Origin: Candidatus Kaiserbacteria bacterium
GTDB lineage: Bacteria > Patescibacteriota > Minisyncoccia > Phycocordibacterales > JABMNX01
Assembly (NCBI GenBank): GCA_013204405.1
Contig: JABMNX010000035.1
Location: 1 to 47,870, forward strand
Direction of reading: 5' to 3'
Length of the DNA stretch: 47,870 bases
In this document: positions 9,849 to 18,632 of the stretch, piece after piece
How the letters are laid out: each line of letters begins with the position of its first letter
Numbering within the stretch: position 1 is the first letter of the stretch
Program-made: the position numbers and the translations under genes
The notes under the pieces: model-generated
The model's database searches: none
Seen by the model: only the letters and a program-made list of their open reading frames with translations
Told to the model about the DNA's origin: nothing

Positions 9849-10122
9849 TAAAAAACTATAGCACAGTATGGATGTAAAGTGTCCTAAAGTGGCTCTATAT
9901 AAGGCTCTTACGGCCTACCTAGGCACATGTGTATTTCTCGTTGACTTTTAATGGGGAGGAGTTATAGTTGGTTGGTACTGGTAAGGAGGTTATTCTTGTG
10001 GCTCAGTAGAGCCATTAAGGATTTACATTACGGACTGCCTCGAGGGGCCTTCTCATAACATTTAGCTTATAAACTCAAATCAACAGGATTCCGACCCCTT
10101 ATATAATAGGGAAAAAGGGCGG

Positions 10123-11160
10123 ATGACAAAAAAAATACGCACACGGCTCAATTCCGTTTCTCTGTCGTTGACATATGTTGCGGTCACTGTGCTGTTGATT
10201 ATAAGTCCCGCACCTGCACACGCGGGGCTTGTTTCATTTATTACTTCTCTTTTGTATACAACCAATGAGATTTCAGAGCAGGGATATAATTCACAAACAG
10301 CACTTGTATTAAAAGCAGCACGTAACGTTGACCCTAATCCATCAAAAGGTGGTGGTGATATTACTGTTGTAGACGACTCAGCTCTTCTTTCAGAGATTGG
10401 GCCAGCCGGGACTCTTGCTGATATTGAAGAACGTCCACAACACGGAGGACGCATTAGTATTTATGTTGTTCGTGAGGGGGATTCTCTTTCACAGATTGCT
10501 AAAATGTTTGGAGTGTCAACTAACACTATTATTTGGGGTAATGATATAAAACGCGGTTCACTTATTAAAGAAGGTCAGACATTAGTGATTCTACCTGTTT
10601 CTGGAGTGCAGCACACAGTCCAGAAAGGAGACACACTTAAGGGTATTGCTAAAAAATATAAAGGAGATTTTGAGGAGATTCTACAATTTAATGGTTTTTC
10701 TGAAAACACAGTACTTGCTGTTGGCGACATTATAACAGTTCCTGCTGGTGAGATTGCAGCACCGGTTTATAGTGGTAGTACAAAAGTTGTGAGTGGTTCA
10801 GGAGGTCCGTCATACTCTGGATATTATATTCGTCCGATTGTAGGAGGACGAAAGTCACAGGGGCTTCATGGATATAATGGAGTTGACCTCGCTGCATCAA
10901 GCGGTACACCGATTGTTGCTTCCGCAACTGGTGATATTATCGTTGTCAGAAATGGTGGATGGAATGGTGGATATGGAACGTATGCAGTAATTCGACACGG
11001 TAATGGTACGCAGACATTATATGCTCATATGTCGACCACAATTGTGTACAGTGGACAGCACGTGGTACAGGGACAAGTTATTGGATATGTAGGAAATACA
11101 GGACGTTCAACCGGAGCACACCTTCACTTTGAAGTTCGTGGCGCCAAAAACCCGTTTTAG
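10123..11160 (+). CDS. secreted LysM-LysM-M23 peptidoglycan endopeptidase
   Basis: 345 aa. N-terminal TM/signal, two LysM-like modules (YVVREGDSLSQIAKMFGV.., HTVQKGDTLKGIAKKY..) and an M23 core (GVDLAA..GTPI.A, YAHM, GAHLHFEV). Confidence 0.9.
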   Translation: MTKKIRTRLNSVSLSLTYVAVTVLLIISPAPAHAGLVSFITSLLYTTNEISEQGYNSQTALVLKAARNVDPNPSKGGGDITVVDDSALLSEIGPAGTLADIEERPQHGGRISIYVVREGDSLSQIAKMFGVSTNTIIWGNDIKRGSLIKEGQTLVILPVSGVQHTVQKGDTLKGIAKKYKGDFEEILQFNGFSENTVLAVGDIITVPAGEIAAPVYSGSTKVVSGSGGPSYSGYYIRPIVGGRKSQGLHGYNGVDLAASSGTPIVASATGDIIVVRNGGWNGGYGTYAVIRHGNGTQTLYAHMSTTIVYSGQHVVQGQVIGYVGNTGRSTGAHLHFEVRGAKNPF

Positions 11161-11182
11161 ACTTTAATAAATTTAGAGTAAA

Positions 11183-11215
11183 AAATAAATGCCAAGGTCA
11201 CCTTGGCATTTATTT
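11183..11215. terminator. bidirectional intrinsic terminator between convergent M23 peptidase and comM genes
   Basis: aaataaatgccaagg-tcac-ccttggcatttattt: 15-bp stem with A/T runs on both sides. Confidence 0.75.
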
Positions 11216-11235
11216 ATTATGTTTTAAGTCATATT

Positions 11236-12735
11236 TTAACTAAACTGTCGTGGGCGGTATTGAAGTGCTTCAAGAATATGTCCTTCCTCAATTTCAGGAG
11301 AGCTTTCTATATCAGCAATAGTTCGGGCAAGTTTAATAACTCGGTGGTATGCGCGCGGAGAGAGATTAAGTTGAGAGGCGGCGTTGTTTAATATATCGCG
11401 CACTTCTTGTGAAAGCATTACATGTTGTGTTAAATCACGGACAGTCATTTCACTATTAGACTTGTTTTCTTTTTGAAATCTCTCGCTCTGTTTTTTTCGC
11501 GCTTTTACAACTTGTTTTCGCAGTTCCTCCGACTCGCGTGGATACTCTCCTTCTTCTGAGAGTGTTTTATGGTCAATATTTCCAACCTCAATCCACATAT
11601 CTACTCGGTCAATAATTGGTCCAGAGATTTTCTTTTCAAATCGTGATTGTTCTATCCCATCGTTTCGCTCAGGCGGGTTCATTGCGGCAACAAGAATAAA
11701 GTTTGCAGGAAAAAGAACGGAACCCTTTGAACGAACAACATTTATATTTCTCTCTTCAAGCGGTTGGCGAAGTGCTTCAATAGTACGTCTCTCAAATTCA
11801 GGGAACTCGTCAAGGAAAAGTACACCGCGGTGAGCTAGTGTGATTTCTCCCGGCTTTGGAACTGTTCCACCTCCAACAAGAGAAACATAAGATGCGGTAT
11901 GGTGTGGTGACCTGAATGGAGGAAGCGTAATAATTGAACCAGAAAGTGTTCCTGCAATAGAATGAATTGACGTTACCTCTAAGCACTCTTCAAATGAAAG
12001 ATTAGGCAATATATTACTGAATGCACGCGCAAGCATTGTTTTTCCAGTCCCCGGTGGCCCATAGAGTACAATGTTGTGTCGTCCAGCTGCTGCAATGAGT
12101 AAACCTCGTTTCGCGCTTTCTTGAGAACGTATGTCCCCAAAGTCGATAGCGCTCTCGGGCACATCATATTGAATTTCAGTCTCTGGTTGTTTAGTAAGCA
12201 GTGCGTGTTCTTTGTGTTCAGTATCGAGATGTTTGATTATATCCGAGAGAGTTGAAGAGCTATATATGTCAATTCCCTGAATAAGACCTGCTTCTTTAGC
12301 GTTCTCTTCTGGTACAAATACTTCCCTAAATCCCATTTGTTTTGCTTTTCGAATTAGTGGAAGTATACCGTTAATTGGACGTAGTTCTCCATCAAGGGAA
12401 AGCTCCCCTAAAAATAAAAGACCTGTCGGGTCAAAAAAGATGTCCTCTGTTGCTAGTAGATATGCAAGTGCAATCCCTAAGTCAAACGCCGGACCTTCTT
12501 TTTTAATATCAGCAGGTGCCAGAGAGATAACCACCTTTTGGTTTTTACTTTTAGGTGATTTGAACCCAGAATTTTTTATTGCAGCTGATACGCGGTCGCG
12601 AGATTCTTCAACAGCTTTTCCAGGGAGTCCTACAGTAGAAAACGAATGTAGACCTTTTGAGAGGTCTACTTCGATGTTTATTATATGAGCTTCTAGGAAT
12701 GATGTTTGCGCACTGTATACTTTTGCAAAACTCAT
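11236..12735 (-). CDS. comM: YifB/ComM family Mg-chelatase-like AAA+ ATPase
   Basis: 499 aa. N-terminal Lon-protease-like fold region, Walker A GPPGTGKTMLA, LDEFPEF Walker B. Typical ComM length. Confidence 0.9.
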   Translation of the reverse strand: MSFAKVYSAQTSFLEAHIINIEVDLSKGLHSFSTVGLPGKAVEESRDRVSAAIKNSGFKSPKSKNQKVVISLAPADIKKEGPAFDLGIALAYLLATEDIFFDPTGLLFLGELSLDGELRPINGILPLIRKAKQMGFREVFVPEENAKEAGLIQGIDIYSSSTLSDIIKHLDTEHKEHALLTKQPETEIQYDVPESAIDFGDIRSQESAKRGLLIAAAGRHNIVLYGPPGTGKTMLARAFSNILPNLSFEECLEVTSIHSIAGTLSGSIITLPPFRSPHHTASYVSLVGGGTVPKPGEITLAHRGVLFLDEFPEFERRTIEALRQPLEERNINVVRSKGSVLFPANFILVAAMNPPERNDGIEQSRFEKKISGPIIDRVDMWIEVGNIDHKTLSEEGEYPRESEELRKQVVKARKKQSERFQKENKSNSEMTVRDLTQHVMLSQEVRDILNNAASQLNLSPRAYHRVIKLARTIADIESSPEIEEGHILEALQYRPRQFS

Positions 12736-12749
12736 ACTGATTTATAGTC

Positions 12750-13115
12750 TTACTCGCTCAAATGTGCTTTACAAGTGGTGGCTGCAGGATTAGCCTCTAG
12801 TCGATCAAGTTCAATTTGCTCCCCACCTACAGAACAAACGCCATATGTCCCGTCTTCTATCCGGACGAGAGCTTCTTTTACTCCATTATATCTCGTCTCA
12901 ATGTCCTTAAGTAGTGTGTTATTTAGTTCATATTCTCTTTGTACATCAGCGCGTTGATTTTGATCTGCCTGAAGCACATTTAAGTCCGGACCCTTTGCTT
13001 CCCAATCCTCTTTTTCGCTATCTGGGTTAACACGTGCTATTTTTTGCATCTCTCCATGTAACGTTTCCATTTCAGTCTCAAGTTTTTCTTTAAATTTTAT
13101 TGTGTCAATTTCCAT
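12750..13115 (-). CDS. DksA/TraR-family protein with degenerate zinc finger
   Basis: 121 aa. Coiled-coil N-terminus. The C-terminal YGVCSVGGEQIELDRLEANPAATTCKAH resembles the DksA C4 finger but keeps only two Cys. Confidence 0.6.
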   Translation of the reverse strand: MEIDTIKFKEKLETEMETLHGEMQKIARVNPDSEKEDWEAKGPDLNVLQADQNQRADVQREYELNNTLLKDIETRYNGVKEALVRIEDGTYGVCSVGGEQIELDRLEANPAATTCKAHLSE

Positions 13116-13197
13116 GCTGTATTATTTATTCTTTATATAGGGAAAGCATAACAGAGCCTTGTTTGTCTTTCAAGGACCAGCTACTGATGTGTATTAT

Positions 13198-14268
13198 TTA
13201 GAATACACGGACGGAGTTAAGTCGGGTTATGATTTCTGTGAGGGTATTTTCGTTTGTTGTTATGATAAGTGTCTGTTGATTAGGGAAAGCATAAAGAAAT
13301 TTAATTCCCCCTGTTTCACTTACAAGTGCACGCACGTCAATATTTTGAACTACCTTATCTACAAACTTTTCGGACAGAGTGATTTCTCTGCCAGTTTGTG
13401 GGTCTATGGGCGCTCCTAAAATTGGGTCACTTTTAAGTCCGGTGAATAAAATAAAGTCATGGTACATTGTTTCTTCCCACTCAAGGAGCCCTGCAAAACT
13501 GTGTTGGTAGGAGTTAGATTTGAAGATGATGAATGGTTGGTTTTGGTTAAAGACATGAATCCCCAACATGAAAGAAGGATCAAGGGAACGTAAGAATGCA
13601 CCACTTACTTGAGCCCGTATGTTCGTTAAAAATTCTTCTGCCGAGATGATACGGGTGACATCAGTATCCAATTCTTTAGTCGTTTCGGTTATATATAGAT
13701 GAGCAATTTGTCCAAGAGGTAGAAATGTGTTTGCTCGCTCAAACCCAAGAGTTTGAAGAATTTCACGTGAGTCTTTGCCAGTGATATCAATTTTTTTCTG
13801 TTCTTCAACAAAAATAAAAGAAGGAATATTTTCCTGTATAAGAACCTCTTCTTTTTTATAAAAAAGAGTAAAAAAGACAACGACACTTATTCCGAGTGCA
13901 ATAAATATAATACTCCCAAGAACGATTCCTATTTTTTTTAAATCCCGCTTAGGTTTCTGGGTTGACTCTTTTGGTGTGCCAGTACGTCTAATATGTTCAG
14001 CAGCTACAATACTAGTGAAAGAAGCTTTCTGCTTTTGGATTACAGAAGCAATATCCTCCTTATATGTACGGATTCGTTTGATTGAGCTTGTAGAAGATTC
14101 TTTAGTTTCTCTTAACTGTGGTTTTTTCTGAATAATACTCGCATCTATATCTTCATCAAGTGAGTTTCTCTTACTTTCACCAGGAAATGAAGCCGGCATA
14201 TTTGCTGGGATAATTTTATCATTGGTGTTTCCGTTACCATTTGATTTGTTTGTGTAATCTGTTTCCAT
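13198..14268 (-). CDS. single-pass membrane protein, unknown function
   Basis: 356 aa. Disordered Ser/Lys-rich N-terminus, one TM helix (IGIVLGSIIFIALGISVVVFFTLF), ~220-aa extracytoplasmic domain. Confidence 0.65.
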   Translation of the reverse strand: METDYTNKSNGNGNTNDKIIPANMPASFPGESKRNSLDEDIDASIIQKKPQLRETKESSTSSIKRIRTYKEDIASVIQKQKASFTSIVAAEHIRRTGTPKESTQKPKRDLKKIGIVLGSIIFIALGISVVVFFTLFYKKEEVLIQENIPSFIFVEEQKKIDITGKDSREILQTLGFERANTFLPLGQIAHLYITETTKELDTDVTRIISAEEFLTNIRAQVSGAFLRSLDPSFMLGIHVFNQNQPFIIFKSNSYQHSFAGLLEWEETMYHDFILFTGLKSDPILGAPIDPQTGREITLSEKFVDKVVQNIDVRALVSETGGIKFLYAFPNQQTLIITTNENTLTEIITRLNSVRVF

Positions 14269-14283
14269 TTTTAGTAGCGTTTA

Positions 14284-16410
14284 CTATTTTTCAAGTGGCA
14301 TAACTCCTTTTTTCTTTGCAAAGTCTGGGTCAACTTGTTTAACTGAGAGATTAATTCGGTGTCGTTCATCAATCTCCTTTATTATAACTGGAATTATCTC
14401 TCCCACTGAGACAACCTTGGATACTGCGTCGATGTGGTATGGCGCCAGTTCCGACACATGAACCAGTCCTTCAGTATTATGTCCGATTTTAACAAAAGCG
14501 CCAAAATCAAGTACTCGGGTCACCTCCCCTTCAAACGTCTCCCCTACATTATACTCACGGGTCATCTCCTCGATAATTGCACGTGCTTTTTGTGTCGTGT
14601 CTCCCTTACCTATAACATATACAAGGCCGGTTTGTTCGATAGTGATTTCCGTTACCCCTGTCTCGTCTTTTATTTCGTTGATAGTTTTACCTCCTGGCCC
14701 AATAATAAGTCCTATTTGTTCTTCTTTAATAGTAAGTGTTTCTATTTTTGGAGCATGTGCTGAAACACTTTCTCGTGTTTTGGGAATTGCCTTTTCAATT
14801 ACTTCAAGTATGTGGAGTCGAGCACGTCGGGCATCTTCAAGAGCCAATGTAAGTATGTTAATTGGTATTCCATTCACCTTTACATCCATTTGGACAGCGG
14901 TAACTCCATCTTTTGTCCCTGCAACCTTGAGGTCCATATCACCATGTTCATCTTCCGGACCTTGGATGTCAGTAAGTATTTTATAGTCCCCACGTTCATT
15001 CAACATAAGTCCCATTGCAATCCCTGCGACCGGTTTTTTGATAGGCACCCCTCCGTCCATAAGTGCTAACGTTGAGCCACACACAGAACCCATTGATGAT
15101 GATCCATTTGAAGCAAGTACTTCAGATACAATGCGGATAGTGTAAGGAAACTCTTCTTGTGTTGGGATTACTGGAATAAGTGCTTTTTCAGCAAGTGCTC
15201 CGTGCCCAATCATTCTTCGGTTTGTCCCACCCATTCGTCCAGTCTCTCCAACCGAGTACGGTGGAAAGTTATAGTGGTGCATAAATCGTTTTTCAGTGTC
15301 TTGAGACTCCATACTGTCAATTATTTGCGAATCTCCAGGGCCGCCTAATGTAAGTGCGGAGAGCACGTGTGTACCACCTCTGTAGAAAATTCCAGTGCCG
15401 TGGATTACTTCCGAAATACCTCCAGCTTGGGCAAAAAGTTCTCGTACTTCATTCATTTTTCTACCATCCGGACGCCTGTCTTCATTAATTGCTTTTTCGT
15501 GGAGTATTACATTTATCATTTCCTCAAAGTAATCTTCGGCAGTATTTTTGTCTGCTTCTGGAAGTGCTTCTTTTAAAATAAGCTTCCACTCATCCTTAAG
15601 TGTATAAATTCCCTTTTTCCCTGCACCTGAGAATACAGCAGATTCTAGTTTTGGAGTGATTTCTTTTTCAAATAATGTTTTAAGTTCTTCAGAGTAGTTT
15701 TCTAGTGTAACTACTCGTTTAGTCTTTCCGATTTCTGAGATGATGTCCCGTTGAAATGCCTGAATTTCTTCAATAACACGAGATGCCTCTTCGAGTGCAT
15801 GAGAAAGAGTTTGTTCGTCTAACTCGTATGCACCAATTTCAATCATGTTAATACCACCGTTCTTTCCACACGCGAGAAGGTCGAGCGTACTTTCCTTACT
15901 GTCACGAGTACTGTATGAAGGGTTTATAACAAAGTCTCCATTAAATTTGCCAATACGTACTGAACTCACAGGACCTTCCCATGGAACGTCAGACGTGCCA
16001 AGTGCAAGTGACGCCGCAATTATTCCAAGCACGTCAGGATCATCTTCATCAATAGAAAGAACCGTGACAACCACATGGACATCATTTCTAATACGTTGAT
16101 CAAAGAGTGGTCGAATTGTTCTGTCTACAACACGTCCTGAGAGAATTGCGTCGTCAGTTGGACGTCCTTCTCTTCGCATGAATCTGCTTCCAAGTATTGC
16201 ACCAGCAGCATAGAATTTTTCTTCGTAATCGACAGTAAGTGGGAAGTACCCAAGCCCCTCTTTTTTATTGTCTGTCATTACTACTGTTGCAAGTACGGTC
16301 GTGTTTCCACATTGCACAATCACTGAACCGTCTGCTTGGTCGGTTAGATCAGTAAATGTTGCAGTTAATGTTTTTCCACCTATTTCAGTGGAGTATTCTT
16401 TTTTCTGCAT
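14284..16410 (-). CDS. pnp: polynucleotide phosphorylase
   Basis: 708 aa. Two RNase PH-like halves followed by KH (GPGGKTINEI) and S1 (GEVTRVLDFGAFVKI) domains. Confidence 0.95.
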   Translation of the reverse strand: MQKKEYSTEIGGKTLTATFTDLTDQADGSVIVQCGNTTVLATVVMTDNKKEGLGYFPLTVDYEEKFYAAGAILGSRFMRREGRPTDDAILSGRVVDRTIRPLFDQRIRNDVHVVVTVLSIDEDDPDVLGIIAASLALGTSDVPWEGPVSSVRIGKFNGDFVINPSYSTRDSKESTLDLLACGKNGGINMIEIGAYELDEQTLSHALEEASRVIEEIQAFQRDIISEIGKTKRVVTLENYSEELKTLFEKEITPKLESAVFSGAGKKGIYTLKDEWKLILKEALPEADKNTAEDYFEEMINVILHEKAINEDRRPDGRKMNEVRELFAQAGGISEVIHGTGIFYRGGTHVLSALTLGGPGDSQIIDSMESQDTEKRFMHHYNFPPYSVGETGRMGGTNRRMIGHGALAEKALIPVIPTQEEFPYTIRIVSEVLASNGSSSMGSVCGSTLALMDGGVPIKKPVAGIAMGLMLNERGDYKILTDIQGPEDEHGDMDLKVAGTKDGVTAVQMDVKVNGIPINILTLALEDARRARLHILEVIEKAIPKTRESVSAHAPKIETLTIKEEQIGLIIGPGGKTINEIKDETGVTEITIEQTGLVYVIGKGDTTQKARAIIEEMTREYNVGETFEGEVTRVLDFGAFVKIGHNTEGLVHVSELAPYHIDAVSKVVSVGEIIPVIIKEIDERHRINLSVKQVDPDFAKKKGVMPLEK

Positions 16411-16421
16411 ATGTATATGTG

Positions 16422-16498
16422 GTGGCTTTCAGATTTCAGGATTGAAACTAAAACACGATATGTTTTAAGGACTTCAATTCTGCAGATCTGGAAACCAC
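16422..16498 (-). promoter_or_regulatory. long imperfect stem-loop in the pnp 5' leader
   Basis: The 16422-16446 and 16473-16498 arms are complementary over ~25 bp with a few mismatches/wobbles and one bulge. The stem ends 11 nt upstream of the pnp ATG. Confidence 0.5.
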
Positions 16499-16602
16499 AA
16501 TTATCTTAATAATATAACCCTACACTACCCTTCTGTAGCTATCCACACTGTAACAAAAACACAGACCTTTCTCAAAGATTATATTGATGTTTACTTACAA
16601 AG

Positions 16603-16636
16603 CACAAAACCCACTCTTTTAGGAGTGGGTTTTGTG
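16603..16636 (-). terminator. hairpin downstream of the NYN gene
   Basis: cacaaaacccactc-ttttag-gagtgggttttgtg: 14-bp perfect stem, 16 nt past the NYN stop codon. Confidence 0.6.
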
Positions 16637-16651
16637 AGAAATCTTTTAAAT

Positions 16652-17185
16652 TTACGTACGTGGTAATTTCCACTGTGATGCACCGAGTAGGTATTTTTTA
16701 TGATCATCACATAAGTCATAGAAGTCTTCAGCAACCTCGCGGAGTTGCGATGAAGTGGACTTCCCAAATGAGATGACTTCAACCTGACAACCTGTACTGT
16801 ACTTTAGGTATTCGACGAGTGGAACGAAGTCACCATCGCCCGTTGCAAGAACTATTGCATCAAGTTTTGATGACATTGAAATAGCATCAACTGCCATACC
16901 AACATCCCAGTCTGCTTTTTTAGCACCTCCAAAAAATATTTGAAGGTCTTTTGTTTTTATTTCAATACCAAGCTTCTCAAGAGCTTCGAAAAAACTTTGT
17001 TCTTCTCCGCTTTCAGTAGTTACAACGTATGCTCGAGCTCGAATAAGCTCCCTACCTGCAACCGCTTGCTTTAAAACATTTCCAAAGTTGACTTTCGCCT
17101 TATATAAATTCTTTGCGCTATGGTATAGATTTTGCGTATCAATAAAAACACCGACACGCTGTTCTTTGTGTTTAATAACAGCCAT
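16652..17185 (-). CDS. NYN-domain (LabA/DUF88-like) putative RNase
   Basis: 177 aa. N-terminal VGVFIDTQNLY.. and later LATGDGDF acidic motifs are typical of NYN/LabA proteins. Confidence 0.75.
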   Translation of the reverse strand: MAVIKHKEQRVGVFIDTQNLYHSAKNLYKAKVNFGNVLKQAVAGRELIRARAYVVTTESGEEQSFFEALEKLGIEIKTKDLQIFFGGAKKADWDVGMAVDAISMSSKLDAIVLATGDGDFVPLVEYLKYSTGCQVEVISFGKSTSSQLREVAEDFYDLCDDHKKYLLGASQWKLPRT

Positions 17186-17298
17186 ATTTAATTTATTATT
17201 TTGTTCTTATAAAAAATCGACCCGTCTAATCTATAGTATAAAAGAGATACTAACAAAAGCTAGTGAGAAGTAGAGAATAAAGAAGAGGTAAGGAGTAA

Positions 17299-17565
17299 TT
17301 ATTTCTTCAAACCAAGTTTTTTGATGAGTGCATTATATGAACGCTTGTCGTTTTTCTCGAGATATTTCAAATGTTTACGGCGATCAGCAACCATTTGTAG
17401 GAGTCCACGTCGAGAGTGCTTATCTTTATTGTTTTTCTTCAGATGTAGAGCAAGTGCGTCAATTTGTTTAGAAAGAAGAGCAACCTGCACACCTGCAGAG
17501 CCGGTGTCACCTTCATGTTTCTGAACTTCTTTCATTGTTCGCGCTTTTTTCTGTTTTGTTAACAT
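17299..17565 (-). CDS. rpsO: 30S ribosomal protein S15
   Basis: HEGDTGSAGVQVALLS..HLKKNNKDKHSRRGLLQMV..RR..LKYL is the S15 signature. Start reassigned to the internal ATG (MLTKQ..) to give the canonical 89 aa. Confidence 0.9.
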   Translation of the reverse strand: MLTKQKKARTMKEVQKHEGDTGSAGVQVALLSKQIDALALHLKKNNKDKHSRRGLLQMVADRRKHLKYLEKNDKRSYNALIKKLGLKK

Positions 17566-17713
17566 AAAGAACATAGTAGCATGAATATGACCCTTTTGCA
17601 AGGTTTTACGAGGTTTTTAAGGTAATAAAATAATATTACCTACGAGACTAGAAAGCCTTGTATATAGGTACATATGTAAATAACGTCGCACAATAAATGT
17701 TATAATTACGTGA

Positions 17714-18619
17714 ATGTCACAGGATTTAAAAACACTTAAACAGGAGTATCTTGAGTATATTGAGATTGAACGTGGGCGAGCACTTAAGACGGTTGAAAAT
17801 TACGATAGGTATATTAGACGTTTTTTTGTGTTTAGTGGTGCAAAAGTCATTCCTGACATTACTGAAGAAAAAATTAGAAAGTACCGACTGGAACTTAATC
17901 GAGCGGGACTTAACCGTCGTACTCAGAATTATTATCTTATTGCACTACGGCAATTTCTTAAGTATTTGGTAAAGCGCGGGTTTAAAGTTATTCCACCAGA
18001 CACTATTGAGCTCGCTAAGGAAACACAGCGAGACCTTAGTTTAATTTCATCAGTTGAACTCGAACGACTACTTCATGCACCAAAGGGGGATGAGATTAAA
18101 GTGCTTCGTGACCGCGCGGTACTCGAACTTCTTTTTTCAACAGGACTTCGTGTTTCTGAACTTTGTGCACTTTCACGCTACCTCGACTGGAGTCGCGATG
18201 AAATATCGGTACGGGGTAAAGGTGGCAAGGTCCGTCCCGTTTTTATATCTCCTGGAGCAAAGTCTGCTATTAAAAAGTATCTTGATAAAAGAGGAGATAC
18301 TGATGATGCACTTTTTATATACCTTGGTCGTGGTGCTAAACGTGCAGAAACTGAGAGCGGGTCAATGCGGCTTTCGACAAGAAGTATTGAACGACTTGTG
18401 AAACAGTACGCAATTAAAGCTGGTATTGATAAGCGTGTTACACCGCATACGTTACGACACTCGTTTGCAACTGACTTACTCCACAATGGAGCAGACCTCA
18501 GGTCAGTTCAAGCACTTCTCGGACACGCAAGTATCGCAACAACTCAGATTTACACACACGTAACAGATAAACACCTTCACGATATACATAAGCAGTTTCA
18601 TGGCAAAGATAGAAAGTAG
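17714..18619 (+). CDS. XerC/XerD-type tyrosine recombinase
   Basis: 301 aa. SAM-like N-domain, catalytic R..HxxR (TPHTLRHSFAT), LGHASIATTQIYTHV with the catalytic Tyr. Confidence 0.85.
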   Translation: MSQDLKTLKQEYLEYIEIERGRALKTVENYDRYIRRFFVFSGAKVIPDITEEKIRKYRLELNRAGLNRRTQNYYLIALRQFLKYLVKRGFKVIPPDTIELAKETQRDLSLISSVELERLLHAPKGDEIKVLRDRAVLELLFSTGLRVSELCALSRYLDWSRDEISVRGKGGKVRPVFISPGAKSAIKKYLDKRGDTDDALFIYLGRGAKRAETESGSMRLSTRSIERLVKQYAIKAGIDKRVTPHTLRHSFATDLLHNGADLRSVQALLGHASIATTQIYTHVTDKHLHDIHKQFHGKDRK

Positions 18620-18632
18620 TTTTTAAATACAA

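Noticed and set aside
9849-10122. Cyclic-di-AMP (ydaO) riboswitch upstream of the M23 peptidase
   Set aside because: The context is suggestive, but the conserved ydaO blocks I recall (GGGGACCCA, GGGUGAAUCC, CCGxCAGCUAACCUCGUAAGCG) are not present. Kept only as a generic candidate leader.
10080-10454. 124-aa minus-strand ORF overlapping the start of the LysM-M23 gene
   Set aside because: It is antisense to a motif-supported gene and has an odd Pro/Cys/Arg-rich composition, so it is spurious.
13746-13761. Additional weak CACGTG-containing parS-like sequences (here, and at about 37745-37760)
   Set aside because: They match the 16-mer consensus at only 10-11 positions, which is within chance expectation for an E-box core in coding sequence.
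17714-18619. Tyrosine recombinase as a marker of an integrated mobile element
   Set aside because: It has canonical XerC/D length and motifs. It is flanked by rpsO and glmS housekeeping genes, with no att-like repeats, tRNA target or phage/plasmid genes nearby. It is most likely the chromosomal dimer-resolution recombinase.
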